Positions 1-12,791 of a stretch of 64,000 bases of DNA are shown piece after piece. The stretch lies in contig JBODTK010000142.1 of NCBI GenBank assembly GCA_050613775.1, positions 248,001 to 312,000 on the forward strand. The letters run 5' to 3'. The notes beneath the pieces are model-generated. The model saw only the letters and a program-made list of their open reading frames with translations. It was not told the DNA's origin and ran no database searches. Position numbers and translations under genes: made by a program. Position 1 is the stretch's first letter. Every line of letters begins with the position of its first letter. The DNA is from Neocallimastix sp. 'constans'. Lineage: Eukaryota.

Positions 1-1200
1 ATTAATTATTTATATTAAATCATATTAAAGCTTTTAAAGTTTTTTGTCTTCACTTACTATAATTAATTTAATGTACTAATTATAATATTTAAATATATAT
101 CTTAGTGTGTATTTAATATATATAGTAAATATTACATATAGTAATCAATTCGTTTAATATTAATACATTATACTATATTTTGAAATATAATAATATATAT
201 TAATATATCTCATTTGAATGTTATTTAGTTTAAAGTAAATTTAAATTACTTATTTATTTTATGTACCATTCACCAATTCTATTTAAATATAAAGTCAATA
301 ATTAACCATGTATAAAAATAGTATTGAGATTACTTAAATATTATATTAATATTAAGTTTAATTTAAATAAAATTATGAATATATTATAATATATTACTAC
401 AATATTATAATTGATTACAAATTATATTATAATTGAGGTTATATGATTTAATAAAAGAGGATAATCCATATTATATTAATGATTGTTTATATACTGAATT
501 AAATCAATTTTGAAGGATAAACATTAGAATATTAAAATAAATAAATAAATAGATAAATAAATAAATAAATAATAAAATCAAATATAACTTTTTAAAGCAA
601 AAAAAAAAGTAAGCAAGGTCAAATATCATTAGTATTCATTAAATTCTTAAGCTACAATTATAAGCTTTAAATTAAAGAACTATATTCCTTTCTAAAAGAA
701 TTTATATATTTTTTATTTTATTTTTATTTTTTTGAGAATTTTAAAATTTTATATTTTAAAGCATGATATATTTTATGATAAATAGATAATAAATTCTCTC
801 ATATTATTAATATTATTAAAAGAATCAAATTTAATTTATTATTTATATTATTTATTATTTATTTTGATTAAATTAATAAATGTTAAAATAAAAATTATCC
901 AAATTCAGGCTTTTTAAATATATATATTATTATCTATTTTTAATAATTGTAAAAAAAAAAAAAAAAAACAGATCGTATAATATTTTATTAAAACATTCGA
1001 TAAGCCTGCTTTTTATTATTCTATTTCTATTTTCTTATTTTTTATTTTTAGATGATTTACTATTAAGTTTTATTCAATTATATATTTATTTTTGTCTTTT
1101 TAAAAAAAGGAACATACAAAAGATATCGAAAAAAAATTAAAAAATCAAAAAAACATATTTATGAAAATTTATCAAATAAACTAGTTTTAATGAATATAAA

Positions 1201-1232
<32 letters not shown>

Positions 1233-2117
1233 CATTTTTTTATTTATTTATTTATTCATTTATTATTTGAGCAATTCTTATTTTATACTGTATTTTATTT
1301 TCCATATAATCTGAATAGTAATAAAATATGTGGAATAAAGTCAATCGATAAAATTACAATATGAAAAAAATATATATATACATAAATTATAGAAAATAAA
1401 TAATAAATAATAGAAAATAAATAATAAATAATAAATAATAAATAATTGAATAATAAATAATAAATAATAAATAATAAATATTAAATAATAAATAATAAAT
1501 AATAAATATTAAATAATAAATAATAAATATTAAATAATAAATAATAAGAAAATAAATAATAAATAATAAATAATAAATAATAAATAATAAGAAAATAAAT
1601 AATAAATAATAAATAATAAATAATAAATAATAAGAAAATAAATAATAAATAATAAATAATAATAATAAATTTAAATAAATAATAAATAAATAAATAAATA
1701 ATATATACAAATTGATATATATAAATAAAATTTTTAATAAAAGGTTTTTTAAAATATAATAATTATTTTAATATAAAAGAGTTTATTTCTTATTTTAAAT
1801 ATATTAATAATATAATAAAAAAAAAGTGTTAATATATTTGAATATAAAATTAATTTTTTTATTTTCCAATAATATTATAATAATATAATTTATTTTATAT
1901 TGTAATATATTACAAAGTTAAATAATTATTCAATTAAAAACAATTTATTAATAAATTAACAAAAATATTAAAATATAAAATAAAAAATTTTTTTTTATTA
2001 TTTTTAAAGAATTTATTGAATAAATTTTTTTTTCAGTTAAAAAAAAACATCTTTAACTGTTTATAATTTTTTTCATAAAATAATCAAGAACAACAAGTTT
2101 TAAAATAAAATAAAGAA

Positions 2118-3779
2118 ATGGCTGACGGTATGAATAAACTTATAATATTATAATATTATTAAAGTATTTATGGAAAAATAAAATAAAATAAATAGTTTAA
2201 AGTAATAAATATTAAAAAAAAAGTATCATGAGGTGTAAATAAACAAAAGGAAAAATAAATTTAGATTGAATTAAACGAAAAAGTTAGATGTTAAAATAAA
2301 TAAAATAGAATAGTAAATAAAATAATAATGTTTGAAAGTGAGGGCTATGTTAATAATAATAAAAAGTTATTGATAATAAAGAATATAAAAAGATTTTGAG
2401 GTAATTTAAAGTTATTTGGAAGGTACATCTAAAATAAAGATGTATAAACAATATGATAAATAAAAAATATAAATTGTTTAAATAAGGAATAAAAGTAAAT
2501 AAAGGCGAAACGATTATTAATAAGCAGTAAATAAACTTTAAAAGCTTATGAAAATGGGATTAAAAGCAAATAAACAAAAAGTGATCAACAAAAAATTTGG
2601 ATTTGAAAAGGAAAAAAATATCGAAGTTTCAATAAGAAAGATCAAAAGCATTAAGTTTTTATTATTTTCTACAATATATATTTTATGCATAGGAGACAGA
2701 GAACATCAAGTTTACATGGCTAAATTAGCCGAACAAGCTGAAAGATACGATGGTAAATATAATATAATTATATAAATAAGTATGGTAAAAAATAAATAAA
2801 TAATAAAAATAATGAACAAAATATTAATGATCAATAAATTTTTATAATAAAATTTAGAAATGGTTCAATACATGAAGGCAAGTATTTAAAAAAAATGATA
2901 AATAAAAATTTTATATAAAGTATATATTTTACAATCGAGAATAAACTGTTTGATCTAATGACATTAAAAATAAACAATTTGGCATTTATAGGAAGTTGCT
3001 AAGGTAAATATAAAGTAAAAAAATAAAATAGTTAAAACAGTAAAATAATAGAATAAAAATAATTAAATATTTAATATATTTGATTATAAATATAAATAAA
3101 ATAGCTTGGTCTTGAACTTTCTGTTGAAGAACGTAACCTTCTCTCCGTCGCTTACAAGAACGTTATTGGTGCTCGTCGTGCTTCTTGGAGAATTGTTTCT
3201 TCAATTGAACAAAAAGAAGAAAGTAAGGGTAACGAAGCTCAAGTTAACCAAATCAGAGCTTACCGTCAAACTATTGAAAATGAACTTACTGAAGTTTGTT
3301 CTGATATCTTAAACGTTTTAGATGAACATCTTATCCCATCTGCTGCTGCTGGTGAATCTAAGGTCTTCTACTACAAGATGAAGGGTGATTACCACCGTTA
3401 CCTTGCTGAATTCGCTGTTGGTGAAAAGCGTAAGGAAGCTGCTACTCAAGCTCACGATGCCTATAAGAATGCTACTGATATTGCTCAAACTGAACTTGCT
3501 CCAACTCATCCAATTCGTTTAGGTCTTGCCCTTAACTTCTCTGTCTTCTACTACGAAATTTTAAGTTCACCAGACAGAGCTTGCCATCTTGCTAAGCAAG
3601 CATTCGATGATGCTATTGCTGAACTTGATACTTTAAGTGAAGAATCATACAAGGACAGTACTTTAATTATGCAATTACTTCGTGATAACTTAACTCTTTG
3701 GACTTCTGATCTCCAAGAAGGTAAGGACGATGAAAAGGCTGAAGCTAAGCCAGCTGCTGAAAATGAAGAAGCCAAGTAG
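2118..3779 (+). CDS. 14-3-3 protein (BMH/Rad24 family); 5 exons: 2118-2127, 2693-2752, 2858-2877, 2992-3003, 3105-3779
   Basis: Manual splicing gives [63 protein letters not shown]...[13 protein letters not shown]...[20 protein letters not shown]...[22 protein letters not shown]. These are canonical 14-3-3 motifs and the intron phases are consistent. Confidence 0.97.
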
Positions 3780-4853
3780 ATGAATCTATTTTTTATTTTA
3801 AAAATTAAATAAAGTATTGAAGAATTTTTTTAGATACCTCAATTTTAATTAAAAATAAATAACAATTTAAAAAAAGGAAAAAAAAAAAGATAAATTGATT
3901 TTTTCTTTTGTAAATAATAATATTTCTTTATTTTTTGTTTAAAAAGTAAAATTATAATATTATGAATGAAGAATGATAAATTATAAATAATAATATTTAT
4001 AATACTAAAGAAAATAAAACAAGCTTCATCTAAAATAATGGAAGAAAGAAAAAAATCAAAACAAAAAAATTTTAAAATAATCAAAACAAAAAATACAATA
4101 CAATAAAAACAATAAAAATAAAAATAAAATAAACAAAATATATAAAAAAAAAAACTATATTTAAAAAAAAAAGGTTTTCTAATTTTAAACATAAAATTTA
4201 AAAAGTAATTAATGTTTTTATAAATATTAAAAGTATTATATTTATAAATAATAAAATTTGTATTTATAATATGAAATTTTTTTATTATATTTTTCATTCC
4301 AAAAATTTAAATAAAATAAAAAAAATTAAAAAAGAAGAGTTGATAAGTACTATGTTCAATGAGTTTCGACTATTTTATTATTAATAATATTATAGTATTG
4401 GTTATAATGAAGTAGGAAAAAATGTTTTGTTCATGCTTATTTTAATAAATATATACTGTTCTTTCTAAAAGGAGATAATAGTATTGAGTACTTAAACAAT
4501 AGAACTGATATTGTTAAAAATAGTAGTTTTGGTGATAGAGAAAATAGAAATATTAATATTAGTGATAGAGAAAATAAAAGTTTATTATAAAAAAAAAAAA
4601 GGACTGTTTTGTATTTTGTGAGGATTGCGGAGTTTCTAACATGAGTAATTTATACGTAATACTATTAATTTGTCGCAGGCTAGTAGGGCCAATGCCTCTG
4701 AAGGAGAAGACCATAATTTCTTTCAGATAGTCAATCCATAAAGAGATGAGGTTCGTTGCCTATGAATTTTTTTCTGAATTTATTTATTCACTTATTTTAG
4801 ATTATTACTTTTTATTTCAATTTACTATTTCATTTATTATTATGTTCATATTG

Positions 4854-7800
4854 CAAGATGATCTAGTACCTTTGGCATAAGTAAATTGATTACTTCATTT
4901 TATGGTATTTCTGATCATAAACCTATTATACTTTCTTGCAACAAAGTTCTCTCCGATGGCTTTATAAGGCCTGCTAAAGTTTCTAAATGGTCTACACATA
5001 TTTGTAAAACAAAAAATTTATCAATACAGCAAATAATATCGGGAAGGATATTAAGGCTTTCATTCCAACAAATTTAAAGGGCTCTACTTTTCACTGTCCT
5101 TATTACATTAAAAAACTGTCTCATGAAAAACATATTGTATTTCGAAATATTAAGCCTTACTTTAACTGTGAAAATGTTGATAATTACCTTGAACAGTTTA
5201 ATAAATATGAAAAACTTTGCAAATTAATCAAGAAAACAAAGAGCAAATTTCGTTCTGCTAGATTTAAAGCTAATATAGTAAAAATTGGTAATTATTTTTT
5301 GAATAAAGATTTCAAAAATGGATGGAGATGTTTAAAAAAAATGGCTAAACCATCGTATTCATCTACCTCCCCTACTTGCATAAAATCTAAATTTGGTCAA
5401 GATATTATCTCTCCTACTAAACAATTAGATAGATGGGCTGAATATTATAAAGATCTAGCTTCTGATCCCTCAGGTCACAGTCTTAATCGTAACTTCTGGA
5501 TTCATGCTTTAAGGAATATTAGTCTTAGATCCTCTACTTGGAATATCAACGATCCTATTACGATTGACGATATTTAAAAAACTATTTCATCTATGAAAAA
5601 CAACAAAGCACCCGGCCTCGATGGTATCCCGATTGAATTCTACAAAGCTCTGTTTTGCAATGAAGAATTACTAGAAACACATCCTGCTGCTAGAAAGTGT
5701 CTTAAATTGATTTTTAATAAAATATGGAATGGGTCTTTTCCTAAAAAATGGAACTCAGCTTCTATTGTATCAATCCCTAAGAAAGGTGACCTATCAGATT
5801 GTAGTAATTATCGAGGTATTTCTCTCATTAATGTTGGACTGAAAATCATTTCAAAAATTATAACAGATAGAATATCTACTTACGCACTCTCACACAATTT
5901 CATTAGACCTAAACAATTTGGTTTTCGCAACCGTGAAGAATGCATTAGTTTATTCATTTCAGTTAGAGAAATTTGCCAAAGAAGAAAATTTCAAGGAAAA
6001 TTCACATATTTAGCCTTTTTAGATCTTAAAAAAGCTTATGATTCAGTTCCTATTTTTAACATTCTTACTAAATTATATCATTATGGAGTACGTGGTAAAT
6101 GTTTTGATTTTCTATGTAATTTATATACTTCATCTAAAGCTCGTGCTCGATTTGCTTCAATGTTATCAAATGAATTTCCTATTAAAAGAGGTGTTCGTCA
6201 AGGTTGTCCATTATCTCCGATCTTATTCAATTTATTCATTAATGATATATTAAATGACTGTAAAAAGTATAGTGTTAATATTGGAAGAAAAAAGTGTTGT
6301 GGTGGACTTTTTGCTGATGATGTTGTTCTCATTGCTCCAAGTGCAAAAAATTTAGAAAAATTACTAAAAAAGGTGCATAGATGGGCTAATTTAAATGAAA
6401 TGATTTTTGGTATTGAAAAATGTGTAACTATGGTTATAAAACCAATGAACTTCCAATCTCCTCCAAACTATAGTGACCCAACCTTCTATTTAGGAATGAA
6501 TGCTATTCCTAAAGTTTCTAGTTATATTTATCTTGGTATTCCTTTTTCTGATGATCTCTTACTAGAACACATTATATCTCACATGCATTTTAAAGTTAGA
6601 AAATCCCTTCTTTCATTTACACATTTCTTCTCAAATAAACTTATCCCTATTGCATACAAGAAAAAAGTTCTTCAATCCTTTGTTATTAGTAAAGTAATTT
6701 ATTATTCTCCTTTACTTGGTTCAAACAAATCTAGAACGGCCAGAATTCAAACATTAATTAATACTGGTCTATTTTGGTGTATCGGCTCCTTCTCTAAAAA
6801 TGGTAAAACAAGTTCAGAAGACAATGACTATATTAGACATAATTCTACTATGAGTACTTATGCTTTATCTCGAGATCTAAGCATTCCTCCTATTGCTGGT
6901 GTCTGCGCAGCCTTACAGATTAAATCTTTTGCAAAATGGAGTAAATCAAACTGTATTATAAAGGATCTTATTAAATCTATTCCCAAAATGCATCATTATT
7001 CCTGGACTAAAGAATCAAGAACACTGTATAAAAAAATCAAAAAATATAAATGTGAAAAATATGACGATATTTTAGAACGTTACTGGAAATCAGTTTCCAA
7101 ATTTCAAGGTATTAAAGGTCAAAATTACGATTGTAATAAGTTCTCAAACAATAAAGCTATAATTATGCTTAGCTTAAAATATCCCCAATTCAACTTAGGG
7201 TTTTCGTGGATTATACGTTTACGCTGTGGTTATAAATACAATACTACTATTGCTATTAGAATGGGTAGAGTTTCAGAAGATTGTCCCAAGTCTTGCCCCT
7301 GTTGTGGCGAAGATAAACAATCTTTTGAACATTGGATTTTTAAATGCGATGCTCTTGCATCTTTTAGATGGAATTCTTTAAATTTCATTGATGATCTCTA
7401 TGTTTTATTCCTTAGGAAGATTAGAGCGTTTAATCCTCTTTATTCCTATGATTCTATTTCTAATTTTGAAGATTATATCAATCATTATATATATTTGTTC
7501 CTTCTTGGTGGGACTTTAGTTTTAAATGAGCCACATTTCGATAGTGGGGAACAGAGACAATTAAATGAACTACTTTTCAAAGGTTCATCTGAGTCACCTG
7601 TTCCAAAAATTGTGGGCTTGGCGGAATTCTTAACAAGTGCAATACCTATCATAAGTAGTTCGTTTGAGCTATTATTTGATAGGTATTGCAAAATACCAAA
7701 CTTATCCAAGAGCGTCGACGTCGTACTGATAAGGCATAATGATAATACAGGATCGTCATCTATTTCTACAAAGGATGAATCTTGCCCTAGTAATTCAATA

Positions 7801-8061
7801 AATGATGAATCCGGTGAGAGTTTAGTGGACACCACACTATCTATTTTAAAGATGTTACTTCTAGGTTTTATTTCTTTTTTATTTGTTAGGAAGGGAAAAA
7901 TTCCCGCATAGTACAACTTGCCGAAATACATAGTATTTTCGAGCTTTTTTATTTTTTTATTTTTTAATTTTTTTATTTTTAATTTCAAATGTACTTTTCA
8001 CCTACATGTATTTTTTAAAATAAAATTAATAAAGTTTTGGAAGTGTATTCTCTTCCCTGTC

Positions 8062-8087
<26 letters not shown>
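4854..8087 (+). mobile_element. 5'-truncated non-LTR retrotransposon (RTE-like LINE, family A) with poly(A) tail and 14-bp target-site duplication
   Basis: TTATGTTCATATTG occurs at 4840-4853 and 8088-8101; poly(A) at 8063-8087. The element contains the APE endonuclease C-terminus (GISDHKPI), RT and a CCHC finger. Confidence 0.92.
4886..7911 (+). pseudogene. LINE ORF2 (partial APE endonuclease, reverse transcriptase, CCHC zinc finger); open from 5593 to 7911
   Basis: Motifs KAPGLDGIP, IPKKGDLSDCSNYRGISL, QFGFR, FLDLKKAYDSV, GVRQGCPLSPILF, LFADD, YLGI and CPCC...FEHWIFKC. There is a frameshift near 5020-5040 and one in-frame TAA at 5575-5577. Confidence 0.92.
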
Positions 8088-8092
<5 letters not shown>

Positions 8093-8252
8093 TTCATATT
8101 GGACAGTTAATATTTATTTATTTTATTAATTCTGTGTTTTTTTTTATTTTTTTACTAAAATTAAAAGTATTCATGTATTTTATATAAGAATAAATAAATA
8201 AAGATTAAAGTTCGCAATAATTGCGGCTATAAAAAAAAAAAAAAAAAAAAAA

Positions 8253-8648
8253 TTAATTTGTCTATCTTTTATATTGATTATGAATTGGTATTCCGTTGAA
8301 TCTACCGTTGCCAGATGTGGATATAGATTCAATGCTCGTGTTGCCGAAGATGTCAATATGATTGAAAACAATTATTTGCCGATAAAGTAAGGAATCTTTC
8401 CTTACTTCCTTCTTATACTAATATTCAAGAATATGAAAATTTCTTACACAGGTATATTTATATATTCCTTCTTGGAAAATTCCCGCATAGTACAACTTGC
8501 CGAAATACATTTTATTTTTGAGTTTTTTTTTTTTTTATTTTTATTAAATTTTATTTTTTATTTTTAGTTTATAATGTACTTTTCACCTACATATATTTTT
8601 TATAATAAGATTAATAAATTTATGGAAGTTCATTCTCTTCCCTGTCTA

Positions 8649-8683
<35 letters not shown>

Positions 8684-9195
8684 CTTTATGTTGGAATTTC
8701 AGCTTTAGATGAGCTACAATTCGATACTGGGAAACGGGGACATTTAAGTGAACAACTCTTAAACAGTTCACAGAGGTCTATTGTTCCGTGTATTGTGGGG
8801 CTTGCGGAATATCTTGCTAATACAAACCGATCATCAGAAGCTCTCATGAGTTACTTTTTGAGAGGTTTAGCAAAAACACTATCATTACCAAGAGTGCTGA
8901 CGTAGTACCAATATGGCAAAGGAATAGTGCAGTTTGAAGTCCTGTTAATTCTCATCAATACACAACTTATTTTTATTCTTTATTATATTAAATTTTCTTT
9001 GATTAATTAAAATTTGTTTTTTTCATTTTTATTATTTCTTATTTTAATTAATCTTTTGCATACATTTTATTTTTATCTTTAAATTATATAATGTTTTTTT
9101 TTTTTTTAAAAAAAAAAATGTAATACAAATAAAATATTTTAATCTATTTATGGAAGTGTATTCTCTTCCTTGTCTTTAAAAAAAAAAAAAAAAAA
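8253..9195 (+). mobile_element. Diverged LINE 3' remnant interrupted by a short family-A 3' end
   Basis: Translates to RCGYRFN, YIYIFLLG and FDTGKR, with similarity to the ORF2 C-terminus at 7200-7760. It ends TGGAAGTGTATTCTCTTCCTTGTCT followed by poly(A) to ~9195. Confidence 0.75.
8471..8674 (+). mobile_element. ~180-bp 5'-truncated family-A LINE 3' UTR copy with a short A tail and (TA)n
   Basis: Close copy of 7895-8062 (AATTCCCGCATAGTACAACTTGCCGAAATACAT...GTACTTTTCACCTACAT...TTCTCTTCCCTGTCTAAA). Flanked by TATATATTCCTT at 8459-8470 and 8675-8686. Confidence 0.8.
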
Positions 9196-9199
9196 TGAT

Positions 9200-10220
9200 T
9201 GAAAAAAATTGTCCAGAACGATGTCCTCGTTGCTATAGAAAAAATAGTAATCTTAGAATGGAACATTGGTTTTCTAAATGCTATCTTTTCCATGAAATTT
9301 CGAATATAATATTTTAAGAATATTGAAGTTCTTTTTGAAAAATTTTTTACAATTTCCAAATATTGTCCAGTATCAAATAGTAATGTAAACACTGTTAACA
9401 CAGATATGAATAATATAGAATCAAGTTTAGATTCTGATAGTAATAACGAAGTTTATTATATTAATAAGAGCAATAGAAATAATATTGTTAATAATAATAG
9501 AATTAGTGATAGTGAAAATAGAAATATTAATATATATGACCGTGAAAATAACAGCATCGTTACTAATAATAGGTCAATTGGTGAAAATCATGTAGATTTA
9601 AGTAATTTTCTGAATAATGAGTGTGTAAATATATATGTGACGTGGTACCGATTATTTAACTTCTTTTTTAGTGGAAGAGATGCAAACATTATTGATTTAA
9701 ATTATAAAAAGGAATGGGATGTTTTATTTAAGAACTAAAATCATTTCTGATGATTATTCAAAAACACCATTTTTGGTGTGATCTGCGGCTCTCTTTATAG
9801 AAATTACATCTCGGGCTAGTACTCAACAAGGGTTACTATTCCGAAAGTATAAGCGCAAACTAACCAGGAGTGTCAATGCTGAAAATGTAGTAAGACAGGC
9901 AAGGAGGGCTAATGCCTCTAAAGGAGAAGACCATAATTTCTTTCAGATAGTCAATTCAAACCCTAATCCAGAATAAGAATCCCTGAAATCTTATAATTTG
10001 GAGGTAAGGTTCGCTTCATGTGATCTTTTTTCTTAATTTATTTATACATTTTATTTTGAATATTACTTTTTTTTTCCACATTACTATTTTAAATATTATT
10101 ATTTTCCAATTGGATAAATAATATATTTTTTTTATTAATTAATTCCCTGTTTTTTTTTTTTTTTTTTTTTTTTTAAGAAATATTCATGTTATTAGTAAAT
10201 GAATAAATAAATAAGGTGTT
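9200..10220 (+). mobile_element. LINE family B 3' remnant (zinc finger, C-terminus and 3' UTR)
   Basis: NCPERCPRC...EHWFSKC finger; GLLFRKYKRKLTRSVN resembles LLFDRYCKIPNLSKSVD of the family-A ORF2. Stops and frameshifts are present. Confidence 0.7.
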
Positions 10221-10599
10221 CCTCATAAGAGGTTTTTACCGAATAAGGTGGTTAGGGTTACAGGTAAGGATGTCCCCCTAATATATATTATTAGAATAGA
10301 TACTGAACTAATTGAGATGGTAGATACCTGATTTCATGTGTCCATGAAGATATATTCTACTAAATTGCAATCTTTCTGACAATTATTTAATTGCCAGGGA
10401 GTTAATTATGAAATTCCATGGGTTAGGTTATAATGGTTTCGCTCCAAAGGGAAATTACGAACTGGAGAAGCACTCAGAGAAAAGTAGTACTAATAAAATT
10501 CTCAGCAATAATATGTATGTCAGAGCGCCAATGCTGAAACGCTCAGTGAAGTTATCCAGTAAGGACAATTCTACATTTATAAAAAGGAAGTGTATGACT

Positions 10600-11420
10600 A
10601 CTTCAATATTACCAACGGACTTTTTTTTTAAAGAACTTTTCAACTCTAAAAGTAGCACTTCTCACAATGATCCTAATCAATAAATTATTTATTCCAAATG
10701 TGCGAAATGTCTATTTTTTTTATTATTTAATAAAATTTGGAATAGTGAATTTCCTTGAGAAATAGAATTCTGCTTCTGTTACATTAATTCCTAAGAAAGG
10801 GGATGATAATTGCCATATGGTATTCACTCATCAATATAGGATTAATTATTAAATTTTGAGAAACTAAAAGAAATTCGGAATATGTTTTTTCTCATGGAGT
10901 TATTTAAACCAAAACAGTTTGGATTTATAAATAAAGAAGAATGTATTGGGTATTAGTTTATTTATCCTCATTTGTGAAATTTTCCAACAAAGCAAAATTT
11001 AATAATCAGTTTACCTTTCTCGCTTTTCTTAACATCAAAAAAGCTTATGAGTCAGTTCCAAATTATATTGTACTTATAAAACTTTATAATATTGGAATTC
11101 GTTGAAAAGGCCTTCAATTCATTATTAATCTAAACCTTAGAAAGCTTATACAAACTTTAAAAGTTAACTTTCAAAAGAATTTCCTATATATAGTGGTGTT
11201 CACCAATGATGAACCTTATCATTTATTTTATTTAATATATTTATCAGTCATATTTGATTAATGTTAGAGATTTGATGTGAAAATAGAAAGGAAAAAAAAA
11301 AAAATACTCTGGTGACCTTATTTATTGATGATATTGTTTCATTGGCCCCTATAAAATCCTTTCTTAAAAATTTTTTAAACATAACTCATGATGAAATGAC
11401 TTCAGAATCAGTAAATGCAT
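10600..11420 (+). pseudogene. Heavily decayed LINE reverse transcriptase fragment
   Basis: Remnant motifs in broken frames: FNKIWNSEFP, NSASVTLIPKKGD, KPKQFGF, AFLNIKKAYESVP, LFIDDIVSLAP. Confidence 0.8.
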
Positions 11421-11473
11421 ATAACATATTTTTCTAATATTAATGTAAAAAATTTAATATATTTTATTTTCAT

Positions 11474-11522
<49 letters not shown>

Positions 11523-11692
11523 ACTATTAATAAATAAAGTTTATTCCTAATCTAATAATAATAAAAAAAATATATTATAGATGTTTGTTTAAATAATATA
11601 TACAAACAAGATATATATATATATATATATATATTATACTATTAAATATTTGATATCTAGGTTTCATTGATTATTTCTTAGAAAAACTAAAA

Positions 11693-11728
<36 letters not shown>

Positions 11729-11867
11729 CCATACATAAAATATTTAAATATTTTATTTTCATCTATAATTTTAAATAACCAACTAATATTTCATAGATTA
11801 TATATAATATTAATAAATCATTTTTTGATTAAATTTTGAGAAACTGCTAAATAAATAACAAAATTAC

Positions 11868-11944
<77 letters not shown>

Positions 11945-12791
11945 AATTAATTAAATAATTAAATAATTAATTATATGTTTCTTCTTCGGTGGAACTTTAG
12001 CTTTAGCTATAATTCAATTCTATTAAAGAGTTCTGGATCTAATGTTCCATATATATATATATATTTTTGTTTAACATCTAATAATACAAATTTAGCAAAA
12101 AACACTAATAACAAACATTTATATTCTATATATATTAAATATAAAAATACATATTATCAACAATGAATATTTTTTTAATTTATTTAGAGTAGTCAAAATA
12201 TTTTACCCATTCATGTTAAATAATTCTTTTTTTACATTTATATTTATAATTAGTATAATTACAATATGAAATTATTAATTCAATATAAATTAATAACATT
12301 TCATATTTTATTTTTAATTTTTTATTTTATTTTATTTTATTTATTTATTTATTTTTTTTTTTTAACATTCATTATTATATATATAAAATAATGTAAGTAA
12401 ATTATACTGATTGCTGAAATTTGAATTTTTTTTTTTTTTTTTTATATGTTGTAATATTTGAAATTATTAATATTATTATATATATATATTTAAATGCATT
12501 TTGCAAATTGAATTTTTATTTTATTTTATTTTATTTTATTCATTATATTTTGTTTTATTTTATTTTTATTTTTATTTTTTTTATTTTTTCATTTATTTTT
12601 TTAACACTTTAATTTTTATTTTTTTATTATTATTATTTTTTATTATTTTGTGATCATATATTATTATACTGATAATGTGCTTATGGATATATATATATTA
12701 AACCATAATATATATGTATTATAGTACTAGTTTAATAAAATTACAATTATTACTAATAATACTGTATAAATTTAAGCTAAATTAATGTTAT

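Larger units (their letters stand above)
4350..8252 (+). mobile_element. Older LINE 3' remnant (family B), split by the insertion at 4854-8087; pieces ~4350-4853 and 8102-8252
   Basis: 4490-4853 plus 8102-8220 align by eye with 9465-10220 (e.g. AATGCCTCT-AAGGAGAAGACCATAATTTCTTTCAGATAGTCAAT). It ends in poly(A) at 8231-8252. The left boundary is approximate. Confidence 0.65.

Noticed and set aside
1387..1710. 107-aa ORF and similar I/Y/F/L-rich ORFs (23175, 29169, 36481, 37467, 48118)
   Set aside because: They are translations of AT microsatellites that lack stops in one frame, not genes.
3106..3775. Alternative-frame and antisense ORFs over 14-3-3
   Set aside because: Shadows of the real exon 3105-3779.
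4688..4730. Hairpin in the repeated segment as a LINE 5' ribozyme
   Set aside because: The segment translates as a LINE ORF2 C-terminus homolog, so it belongs to a 3' end, not a 5' UTR.
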